The notes under the pieces were generated by a model that worked only from the letters and a program-made list of their open reading frames with translations, did not search any database and had not been told where the DNA came from. Position numbers and translations under genes: made by a program. DNA of 64,000 nt, taken from Candidatus Latescibacterota bacterium. Its GTDB lineage: Bacteria > Latescibacterota > UBA2968 > GCA-2709665. Position 1 is the first letter of the stretch; the number at the start of each line of letters is the position of its first letter. Location: contig OZ242358.1 of assembly GCA_965208835.1 (NCBI GenBank), positions 2,336,001 through 2,400,000 of the forward strand, given 5' to 3'. This document shows, piece after piece, positions 27,588 through 35,615 of this stretch.

Positions 27588-28745
27588 ATGTCCAAACGCG
27601 ATTATTATGACGTACTGGGTCTGCAGCGTGGCGCGACCGATGGCGACATCAAGAAAGCCTATCGCAAGCAGGCGATGAAATATCACCCCGACCGGAACGC
27701 GGGGGATGAACAGGCCGCGGCCAGATTCAAGGAGGCTGCGGAAGCGTACGAGGTTCTGGGCGATGCGCAGAAGCGCCAGGTTTACGACCAGTACGGGCAC
27801 GCGGGCCTGGGCGGTCCGTTCCAGGGCGGTGGATTTCAATGGTCCGACTTCACCCATGCAACCGATTTTGAAGATATCTTTTCCAACCTCGACGACGTGT
27901 TCGGCGGCGGGATTCTGGGCGATCTGTTCGGCCGCCGCGGGGGTCGGCGCGGCCCACAGCGCGGTGAAGATCTCCGCATACCGCTGCGGTTGACGCTCGA
28001 GGAAATTGCGTCCGGCGTCCAGAAGCGGATCCGCTTCGCCCGCATGGACCGTTGCGACACCTGCGCCGGAAGCGGCGCCCGGTCCGGCGCGGCCGCCAGG
28101 ACCTGCAGCGTATGCAACGGAATGGGGCAGGTGCGCCAGGCCACGAGGTCTCTGTTCGGGCAGTTCGTGAACGTAACCGTGTGCCCGCAGTGCAACGGCG
28201 AAGGGAAGGTGATCGGCGACCGCTGTTTGGAATGCGGCGGCGACGGCAGGATGAAGAAGACCGTAAGTCTGTCCGTCAATATCCCGGCGGGCGTCACCGA
28301 CGGCAACTACATACCGTTACGGGGGCAGGGCAGCGTCGGGCCCAGGGACGGGGCCGCGGGTGACTGTATGGTGCTGATCGAAGAGGCGGAGCACGAGCAT
28401 TTCGAGCGGCACGGCAACGATATCCTCTATGAGTTGCCCATCAGTTTCAGCCAGGCGGCGCTCGGCGCGGAGGTCACCGTGCCCACACTGAGCAGCAGGG
28501 CCGAGATGAAGATCCCGGCGGGGACCCAGTCCGGGCAGGTCTTTCGCCTGAAGGGCAAGGGAATTCCGGAGCTGAACGGGTATGGCACAGGAGACCAGTT
28601 GGTCCGCGTGATGGTCTGGACGCCCGCTCGTCTCAACGAAGAGGAAAAAGCGCTCTTCCGACAGCTGGCCGATTTCGAAAACGTCCAGCCTCCCGAGGGT
28701 GGAAAGGGCTTGTTCGACCGCATGAAGGAAGCGTTTGGCGCGTAG
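27588..28745 (+). CDS. dnaJ: Molecular chaperone DnaJ
   Basis: J-domain HPD, G/F region and four CxxCxGxG repeats. Confidence 0.97.
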   Translation: MSKRDYYDVLGLQRGATDGDIKKAYRKQAMKYHPDRNAGDEQAAARFKEAAEAYEVLGDAQKRQVYDQYGHAGLGGPFQGGGFQWSDFTHATDFEDIFSNLDDVFGGGILGDLFGRRGGRRGPQRGEDLRIPLRLTLEEIASGVQKRIRFARMDRCDTCAGSGARSGAAARTCSVCNGMGQVRQATRSLFGQFVNVTVCPQCNGEGKVIGDRCLECGGDGRMKKTVSLSVNIPAGVTDGNYIPLRGQGSVGPRDGAAGDCMVLIEEAEHEHFERHGNDILYELPISFSQAALGAEVTVPTLSSRAEMKIPAGTQSGQVFRLKGKGIPELNGYGTGDQLVRVMVWTPARLNEEEKALFRQLADFENVQPPEGGKGLFDRMKEAFGA

Positions 28746-28810
28746 CGTCCGTTTCGTACCCGACGCGGAATGACGCGTCGCGTGATCGCTGTATTGCGCG
28801 TTTCATGGTT

Positions 28811-28930
28811 TCGTATTCTCGTCTTCTCGTAGTTTCGTATTCTCGTTTTTTCGTAGTTTCGTAATTTCGTATTCTCGCAGTCTCGTCTTATCGTAGTCTC
28901 GTCTTATCGTAGTTTCGTATTCTCGCAGTT
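28811..28930. repeat. 8-bp degenerate tandem repeat (15 units, TCG-N5)
   Basis: tcgtattc/tcgtcttc/tcgtagtt/tcgtattc/tcgttttt/... in strict 8-bp phase between the convergent dnaJ and metG genes. Confidence 0.9.
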
Positions 28931-28932
28931 TC

Positions 28933-30369
28933 TCATGTCAGCCTTGGAAAAAGGGGCTGGCTTTTTTTTATCTGCGATTTTGAGAAACTGGCCTCAATTC
29001 TGCGCGCAGTACCGGGAAGAAAGGGTCTCAGTACCCGCGAGACATCCAGAACCGCCCCGATCCAGGCCGAGAGGTGTTCCGACAGGCTCTCGGCCTTCTG
29101 ATCATTCAGAAGTTCCCATGGACGCGCCGCGTCGATATCACGGTTAATTTCGTCCACGCGCCGCCAGATGGCCCGGAGGGCGCCGGCGAAGTCGAACCTG
29201 TCCAGCGCGCCGCTCACGTCAGACGGGACATGGGTTTCACGCGTATCAGGGGGACCACAAACGGACCTCTCGCAGAGGGATTCCAGCCGGCGCACGAGGT
29301 TACCAAGCCCATTCGCCAGGTCCGAGTTGTAGAGTTCCCGCAACCGGGCTACCGATACGTCTCCGTCCTCTCCGGAGCGGACGGCGCGGAGCAGGTAGTA
29401 CCGGAGGGCGTCGGCGCCGAATCGGCGAATCAGAGGGAACGGATCGACGGCGTTGCCCTGCGATTTGCCGATCTTGCGCCCCTCCACGGTCAGGTGTCCG
29501 TGGACGTAGATGGTTCCGGGCAGCGGCAGGCCGGCCGAGAGCAGCATGGCCGGCCAGTAGATCGCGTGGAATTTGAGGATGTCTTTGCCGATGACATGGA
29601 CACAGTTGGCGCATTTCCGCCAGTAGCGTTCGAAATTGTCGACGTTTGAACCATAACCCGGCCCGGTGAGGTAATTTGTCAGGGCGTCGAACCACACGTA
29701 TATAACCTGCGATGCATCTCCCGGTACGGGTACGCCCCAGCCTCCCGATCGCTCCCGATTGCGGGAGATGCTGAAATCCTGCAGGCCCTGGCGGATGAAG
29801 CCAAGCGCCTCGTTTCGCCGGGTTTCCGGGAGAATGCGAAGCTTCCCGGATGCTATCAGGGTCTCCAGCGGCTTCTGATAGGCGGACAGGCGGAAGAAAT
29901 AGTTCGTTTCCGCGACGTTCTCGGGTACGACGCCATGTACAGGGCACCGTCCGTTTGCCAGATCCCTTTTCAAGTAGAAGTCTTCGCAGCCCACGCAATA
30001 CAGACCCCGGTATTTTCTGAGGACGATGTCCTCCTTCCGGCAGGCCAGCCAGAACCGGGAGGCGCCGCGGAAGTGGGCGTCGGACGAGGAGCGAATGAAA
30101 GCGTCATGAGAGATATCGAGGGCCCTGGCGAGGTCCCGGAAGACAGCGGCGTTCCGGTCGCAGAGCTGACCGGTGGACAACCCTTCGCTCACCGCGGCCT
30201 GCACGTTTTTGAACGCGTTCTCGTCGGTCCCCGTCAGAAAGAAGGTGTCGTTGTCCTGAAGACGGCGCCATCGGGCGATAACGTCGGCCTGCACCAGTTC
30301 CAGCGCGAAACCCACGTGTGGGCGGGCGTTGACGTAGGGAATCGAGGTCGATACGTATGAGGTTTTCAT
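28933..30369 (-). CDS. metG: Methionine--tRNA ligase, short form lacking the C-terminal tRNA-binding domain
   Basis: IPYVNARPHVGF (HIGH-like), LTGTDEN, YCVGCE/CPVH knuckle, YVWFDAL, IGKDILKFHAIYWPA and KIGKS (KMSKS-like); start ATG 30369 with RBS aaagga. Confidence 0.93.
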   Translation of the reverse strand: MKTSYVSTSIPYVNARPHVGFALELVQADVIARWRRLQDNDTFFLTGTDENAFKNVQAAVSEGLSTGQLCDRNAAVFRDLARALDISHDAFIRSSSDAHFRGASRFWLACRKEDIVLRKYRGLYCVGCEDFYLKRDLANGRCPVHGVVPENVAETNYFFRLSAYQKPLETLIASGKLRILPETRRNEALGFIRQGLQDFSISRNRERSGGWGVPVPGDASQVIYVWFDALTNYLTGPGYGSNVDNFERYWRKCANCVHVIGKDILKFHAIYWPAMLLSAGLPLPGTIYVHGHLTVEGRKIGKSQGNAVDPFPLIRRFGADALRYYLLRAVRSGEDGDVSVARLRELYNSDLANGLGNLVRRLESLCERSVCGPPDTRETHVPSDVSGALDRFDFAGALRAIWRRVDEINRDIDAARPWELLNDQKAESLSEHLSAWIGAVLDVSRVLRPFLPGTARRIEASFSKSQIKKSQPLFPRLT

Positions 30370-30384
30370 GGCGTTTCCTTTCTG

Positions 30385-30423
30385 AAAAAAAAAACCCACC
30401 GCCGATCCGTCGGCGGTGGGTTT
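30385..30423 (-). terminator. Intrinsic terminator (attenuator) immediately upstream of metG
   Basis: Perfect 14-bp stem aaacccaccgccga / tcggcggtgggttt with a 4-nt loop, ending in a run of 10 T on the minus strand 15 nt before the metG ATG. Confidence 0.88.
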
Positions 30424-30451
30424 GTCAAATACGGTAACCGTGTCGTTCAGT

Positions 30452-30610
30452 TCAAGTCAAGGGATGCTCCGCCGCAGGATTCTCGAAAGGGAAGGAGGAC
30501 ATCATGCACATCGGGATCGCGGCGACATGAGTCGACGCCGTGCTATGCCTTACGACTGAGGACCGCCCTGATACGCGCGACCTGAAAGCTGACAATTGAA
30601 CGGATTTCAT
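30452..30610 (-). CDS. Putative metG leader peptide (52 aa, Met-Cys-Met-Met cluster)
   Basis: MKSVQLSAFRSRVSGRSSVVRHSTASTHVAAIPMCMMSSFPFENPAAEHPLT*; RBS taagggg; lies between the promoter and the terminator. Confidence 0.65.
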   Translation of the reverse strand: MKSVQLSAFRSRVSGRSSVVRHSTASTHVAAIPMCMMSSFPFENPAAEHPLT

Positions 30611-30638
30611 TTACAGCACCCCTTATTGTGTGGGCTTA

Positions 30639-30667
30639 AAGATAGATGGTCGGCCATGAATTGTCAA
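30639..30667 (-). promoter_or_regulatory. sigma70 promoter driving the leader and metG
   Basis: Minus strand TTGACA-17 nt-TATCTT, 28 nt upstream of the leader ATG. Confidence 0.75.
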
Positions 30668-30818
30668 GCGCGGAATTCTTAACTTGCCCTTGTCCTTTTC
30701 GCGTGATGGGCTTACATTGTCGAAGACGGGAGAACCGGCGACCGGCCCGGCGGTCGCCAGGGTACAAGCCTTACCGGGCGCAGTCTTATTTTGGCGAACT
30801 ATCGATAGGGATTCGGCT

Positions 30819-31868
30819 TTGCTTTTCTGGCTGGGAGAACGCTTCGCGGACGTTTACGGTCCCCTTCGGTTGTTGACGTCCTATCTGTTTCTGGCAGTCC
30901 TCGGCACGGCGATGGCAGGGTTCTTCACCTGGCGTCTGCTTCCCCGGTTGTGGAAGCGCCTGCCCAGAGACCGGGGCCGGGCGTATGCCGTGGAGAACGA
31001 ACAGAGCCACGGTAAACCGGTCGGTGCGGGCATTATCTTCATACCGATCTACGTCGCCGTGTGCATCCTGGTCCTACCGCCGGGCTCCCGGTACTGGCAG
31101 ATCCTCGGGTGCATACTGCTTGCGATGGTGGCCGGTTTTCTGGACGATCGAAGTCCCGGAGGATGGGGCGAATATCGCGTGGGCGGCATCGACCTGGGCA
31201 TCTCGTTACTGGGTGCGATGGTCATCTGCCAGTTGGAACCGGTCCAACTCTGGCTGCCGCTGATGAAGACGCCGGTATCGGTTCCGCCGTGGATTTTCGT
31301 GCCCGGCGCCGCGCTGTTGATCTGGGTCTCGATCAACGCCACCAACTGTACCGACGGCGTGGACGGGCTGTCGGGAAGCCTGAGCGTGATGGCGTTCGTC
31401 TACCTGGCCACAATTCTGTACGGGATTGTGGGACACCGGGATATCGCCAGGTACCTGCTCGTGCCGCATTACCCGGATGGCGCGGTCTGGGCGCTGTTCG
31501 CGTTCATTATGGCCGGGTGTCTGGCCGGTTACCTCTGGTATAATGCGTATCCCAGCTCCGTTCTCATGGGAGACGCGGGCTCCCGCCCGATGGGCTTCCT
31601 GCTCGGGATATTGGTTCTGGCGTGCGGCAATCCGTTTCTGATCGTCGTCGTCGCCGGCGTGGTTCTGGTGAACGGCGCCACCGGGCTCCTGAAAGTCGCG
31701 TTTCTGCGGTTTTTGAAAATCGGGATATTCAGGACGGTCCGTTATCCGCTGCACGATCACTTCCGGCACAAGAACGGCTGGTCGAATACCCACGTGCTCG
31801 TGCGGTTCATCCTGCTTCAGGCGTTCGTAACGCCAATCCTGCTGGTGCTGCTGGTCAAGATCCGATGA
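30819..31868 (+). CDS. mraY: Phospho-N-acetylmuramoyl-pentapeptide transferase (MraY-like, outside a dcw cluster)
   Basis: GFLDD, NATNCTDGVDGL, YNAYPSSVLMGDAGS and PLHDHF..NGWS; probable TTG start at 30819. Confidence 0.8.
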   Translation: MLFWLGERFADVYGPLRLLTSYLFLAVLGTAMAGFFTWRLLPRLWKRLPRDRGRAYAVENEQSHGKPVGAGIIFIPIYVAVCILVLPPGSRYWQILGCILLAMVAGFLDDRSPGGWGEYRVGGIDLGISLLGAMVICQLEPVQLWLPLMKTPVSVPPWIFVPGAALLIWVSINATNCTDGVDGLSGSLSVMAFVYLATILYGIVGHRDIARYLLVPHYPDGAVWALFAFIMAGCLAGYLWYNAYPSSVLMGDAGSRPMGFLLGILVLACGNPFLIVVVAGVVLVNGATGLLKVAFLRFLKIGIFRTVRYPLHDHFRHKNGWSNTHVLVRFILLQAFVTPILLVLLVKIR

Positions 31869-31888
31869 ATGGCACGTGAGAGGAGCGC

Positions 31889-33235
31889 ATGGACGAAAAA
31901 GAGACATTGAAGCGAGAGATCTGCGAGGCCATCGACCGCCGCAGGGGGCAGATCGAGCGGATCGGGGACCACATCATGGCCCATCCCGAGACCGGTTTCA
32001 AGGAATTCGAGACCGCCAGGCTGGCGGCAAACACGATGGAGGAATTCGGGCTTTCGCCGGAAACCGGGCTGGGGATTACTGGGGTAAAGTGTATCCTCCG
32101 GGGTGCGGAGCCCGGCCCGACGGTGGCCTTGATCGGAGAGTTGGACTCGCTCGTGGTACCGGACCATCCCATGGCGGACCCCGATACCGGCGCCGCGCAT
32201 GCCTGCGGCCACAACGCGCAAATGGCCGGGCTGCTGGGCGCGATGATGGGGATGGTGGACACCGGCGCAGCGAAGGCGATGGCCGGAAACGTCGTGTTTT
32301 TTGCAGTGCCTGCCGAAGAATACATTGAAGTCGAGTACCGGATGGGACTCGTCAGGGAAGGAAAACTGGAGTTTCTGGGCGGGAAACCGGAGCTTGTCCG
32401 GCTCGGTCATTTCGACGATATCGACGTGGCGGCGATGATCCACACGCACAGCGACCACAATATGAAGAAAGCGGCGATTTCCGAGTCGTGCAACGGGTGT
32501 CTGGTGAAGATGATCCACTTCATCGGCCGGGCCGCGCACGCCGGAGGCGCGCCGCATCGGGGAATCAACGCATTGAACGCCGCGCAGATCGCGTTGGCTG
32601 CGATTCATGCGCAGCGGGAGACGTTCCGTGATGGCGACGCGATCCGAGTGCACCCGATTATCACCAAGGGCGGAGATATCGTGAACGTGGTGCCGGCGGA
32701 AGTCCGGATGGAGACCTACGTCAGGGCAAAGACGAACGAAGCCATGCTGGACGCCAACGAAAAGGTCGACCGCGCGATCCGCGCCGGGGCGATGGCGGTG
32801 GGCGCGCGCGTGGAAATCGAAACGCTTCCGGGATACCTGCCGCTCCGGAACGATCCGGCGATGAGCGCGATATTTGAAGCGAATTCGAAGGCGTTGTTCG
32901 GTGAGGACGAGGTCTGTGAGGTCTCCCACAGAACGGGGTCCACCGATATGGGGGATCTTTCCCACATCATGCCGGCGATCCATCCCTACATGGCAGGGGC
33001 GGACGGTGTGGGGCACAGCGCGGATTGGCATATTTCGGACAAGGAAATGGGATATCTTGCGCCCGCGAAATCACTGGCGCTGATGGCGGTGGACCTGCTC
33101 CACGGCGACGGCGGGGCGGCAACCGATCTGCTCAGTGACTATAAACCGGCGATGACGAAAGACGAATACCTCGCGTTTCAGCGGGCGCTTTTCAAGACAG
33201 AGATCTACGACGGGGCGCACGAGGGTCGTGACTAG
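31889..33235 (+). CDS. M20D family amidohydrolase
   Basis: HPETGFKE, GELDSL, HACGHN, PAEE, GRAAHAG and GSTDMGD. Confidence 0.9.
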   Translation: MDEKETLKREICEAIDRRRGQIERIGDHIMAHPETGFKEFETARLAANTMEEFGLSPETGLGITGVKCILRGAEPGPTVALIGELDSLVVPDHPMADPDTGAAHACGHNAQMAGLLGAMMGMVDTGAAKAMAGNVVFFAVPAEEYIEVEYRMGLVREGKLEFLGGKPELVRLGHFDDIDVAAMIHTHSDHNMKKAAISESCNGCLVKMIHFIGRAAHAGGAPHRGINALNAAQIALAAIHAQRETFRDGDAIRVHPIITKGGDIVNVVPAEVRMETYVRAKTNEAMLDANEKVDRAIRAGAMAVGARVEIETLPGYLPLRNDPAMSAIFEANSKALFGEDEVCEVSHRTGSTDMGDLSHIMPAIHPYMAGADGVGHSADWHISDKEMGYLAPAKSLALMAVDLLHGDGGAATDLLSDYKPAMTKDEYLAFQRALFKTEIYDGAHEGRD

Positions 33236-33296
33236 CGCGTCCGAAACCGTAGACAGGCGGCGGCGAGTCTGAGAATACCGCGCTGCCGTGCGAATT

Positions 33297-33321
33297 GCAG
33301 GGGCGTCCCTTGTGGGCGCCC
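33297..33321. repeat. REP-like palindrome (second copy at 41754-41778)
   Basis: Identical 21-mer gggcgtcccttgtgggcgccc at 33301-33321 and 41758-41778. Confidence 0.7.
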
Positions 33322-33365
33322 GTTTTAATACTGAAGAGGCATGGATCCGGTTAAGGAGAATGAAG

Positions 33366-34994
33366 ATGTCACATCCGAACGAAGATAACATAGGCTGGAA
33401 TGCGGTCAGCAGTACGGGCGCGGTTGCCGCGGGGGGCGCGGGCGCCGTGGCCGCGGGGATCGAAATTCTGGAACGGGGCGGGAACGCGGCCGATGCGGCG
33501 GCGGGGACCATCCTCGCGCTGAACGTGACCGACCACGGCGCGTGTTCGATCGGCGGCGAGGTGCCGGTGATCATCTACGATGCCGGCAACCGGGAGGTCA
33601 AAACGCTTTCCGGTCAGGGACGGGCGCCGCTCTCGCAGGAAGCGATCGCCTGGTACATGGAAAACGGCATTCCGGACAAGGACATCAAGATGGCGCCGGT
33701 CCCGTCGGTCGTGGATCTGTGCACGACGCTGCTCATCCGGTACGGCACGCAGTCCTTCGAAGCGATCGTATCCCCCACGCTGGCAATCCTGGATGAAGGC
33801 GAGGAATCCTGGCATCCCCGGCTTGCCGACACGCTGCGCAGGCTGGTTGAGGCCGAACAGGCGGCGCGTGGAAGCCGCGAGGAGAAGGTGGCGGCCGCGA
33901 GCGACCGTTTCTACGGACGAAACGGGGCCCGCCAGGACGTCGCCGACGCGCTGGAAGCGGACTACGTGGAAAAGGGCGGCTTTCTTCGTAAATCGGACCT
34001 GGCGGCCCACCGGACGCTGATCGAAGATCCCGTCGCGGTCAACTACCGGGGATACGACGTGTATAAATGCGGTCCGTGGACGCAGGGCCCGTACCTCTGC
34101 CAGGCGCTGCGCCTTCTGGAGGGCTTCGACCTGAAATCCATGGGCCACCTTTCCGCGGATTACGTGCACGTGGCCGTGGAAGCGATCAAGTTGGCCATGG
34201 CCGATAGAGACGCCTACTACGCCGATCCGAATTTCGTGGACGTGCCGATGTCCGAGCTTCTGTCGGACGCTTATACGGAAATCCGCCGGCCCCTGATCGA
34301 TATGGAGAAAGCCTCGCTTGAAGCCAGTCCCGGCGATCCTTACGGAATGAAGGCGCTGCGCGGCGACGGCGTGTTCGAACCGGGTATCGGCGGTACGACG
34401 ACGTGCGTGGTCGCCGACCGGTGGGGAAACGTCGTTTCGGCAACGCCGAGCGCGAACGTATATCGTGGGGAAACACCACTTGGCGGGCGGACCGGAGTGT
34501 CGTACGGAAACCGCCTGCGAAGCCTGAACACGACGCCGGGCCATCCCAACTGCATCCAGCCGGGAAAGCGCCCCCGGATCACGCTGACGCCGACGCTTGT
34601 CTTTAAGGACAGCAAGCCGATTCTGGCGATCAGCGTCGCGGGCGGCGACCTTCAGGACCAGGCGACGCTGAACCTGCTCCTGGATTTCATCGAGTTCGAT
34701 ATGGCCCCAAAAGACGCCGTCACCGCGCCGCGCTTCGCCACGGCGCACCACGAGGACTCGTTCGATCCGAATCCCAATCGTCCCGCGACGTTCAAACAGG
34801 TCGGTTCGCTGAACATTAGCGACCGCGTGAGCCGGGACGTACGCTCCGAACTCGCGGCTCGCGGTCATCGCGTCACGACAAGCGACGGGCCGATCGCGAC
34901 CCCCGTTATGCTCTACGTGGACCCGAAGGACGGACGTTTCCACGCCGCCGGCGACCCCGCCGCGGGCCGCCACGCGGCGGGGCTGGAGGGATAA
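33366..34994 (+). CDS. ggt: Gamma-glutamyltransferase family protein
   Basis: GGNAADAA, SIGGE, PWTQGP, ADRDAYYADP, autoprocessing TTTCVVADRWGN, PGKRPRITLTP and GGDLQDQ. Confidence 0.88.
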   Translation: MSHPNEDNIGWNAVSSTGAVAAGGAGAVAAGIEILERGGNAADAAAGTILALNVTDHGACSIGGEVPVIIYDAGNREVKTLSGQGRAPLSQEAIAWYMENGIPDKDIKMAPVPSVVDLCTTLLIRYGTQSFEAIVSPTLAILDEGEESWHPRLADTLRRLVEAEQAARGSREEKVAAASDRFYGRNGARQDVADALEADYVEKGGFLRKSDLAAHRTLIEDPVAVNYRGYDVYKCGPWTQGPYLCQALRLLEGFDLKSMGHLSADYVHVAVEAIKLAMADRDAYYADPNFVDVPMSELLSDAYTEIRRPLIDMEKASLEASPGDPYGMKALRGDGVFEPGIGGTTTCVVADRWGNVVSATPSANVYRGETPLGGRTGVSYGNRLRSLNTTPGHPNCIQPGKRPRITLTPTLVFKDSKPILAISVAGGDLQDQATLNLLLDFIEFDMAPKDAVTAPRFATAHHEDSFDPNPNRPATFKQVGSLNISDRVSRDVRSELAARGHRVTTSDGPIATPVMLYVDPKDGRFHAAGDPAAGRHAAGLEG

Positions 34995-35070
34995 TCAGAG
35001 AGAAAACCCGTCAATTCGCGAAAGACGAGCGATAAACGTACGCTTCCGCGACAAGACTTACTGAAAAACG

Positions 35071-35111
35071 AAAAGGGCCCTGCCGACAACGACGTCAGCA
35101 GGGCTTTTTTT
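35071..35111 (+). terminator. Intrinsic terminator after ggt
   Basis: gccctgccgac...gtcagcagggc followed by a T run. Confidence 0.75.
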
Positions 35112-35204
35112 GTGTCAGGTTAGTTGTTCAGGGATAGGCGGCAACCCACGGCCGGGGGTCTACATACCGGTATCGCCGGGAATCCCGGTTGTTTGAACGG
35201 AAAA

Positions 35205-35270
35205 TCACGATAATATCACGATTTGTACCTTAAATTCACCACAACGTTATTTTATAATGGATATTATCAC
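35205..35270. promoter_or_regulatory. AT-rich promoter region with ATCACGAT direct repeats
   Basis: TCAC at 35205 and 35216 (11 bp apart), also at 35236 and 35267; TATAAT at 35253. Confidence 0.5.
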
Positions 35271-35473
35271 GATAATTCCATATTATATGCGAGCAAGGTA
35301 GACCGGAGACCGTCTCAACCGGAAGATCACTCTGTATACGCATCGTCGCAGACGATTCAGGAATGCAGGGTCCCGGGACGTAGCTGCCGGCAGCCGCGTT
35401 TAAGTCGATGGCAGCGTGTTCTGTGATGGAAAATTACCGGCTTTCTGATCAAAACCTTCGGCGGAACGAACAC

Positions 35474-35578
35474 GACAGCAACGGGATCGCCACCGGGGAG
35501 GGCAAGCTCACGCTCAACGGCGGCACCATCAGGCAGGCCGTGACGGACGTGGCCGAGGACCTGAGCCACGATCCCGTG
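35474..35578 (+). pseudogene. Relic fragment of the surface-protein gene at 46254-49067
   Basis: Encodes DSNGIATGEGKLTLNGGTIRQAVTDVAEDLSHDP, versus DSDGIAIGEDKLTLNGGAIKQAVTDVAADLSHEP at ~47850-47954. Confidence 0.8.
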
Positions 35579-35615
35579 ACCCCCAAAGTTGATCAGCCAC
35601 ATGAAGGGGTTTCAC

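Noticed and set aside
28811-28930. Possible CRISPR or mini-array
   Set aside because: The period is only 8 bp, with no unique spacers.
30370-30640. T-box or SAM riboswitch upstream of metG
   Set aside because: No T-box consensus (AAGGTGGTACCGCG-like) or SAM-I core was recognised by eye. The leader-ORF model fits better, but an Rfam scan is still needed.
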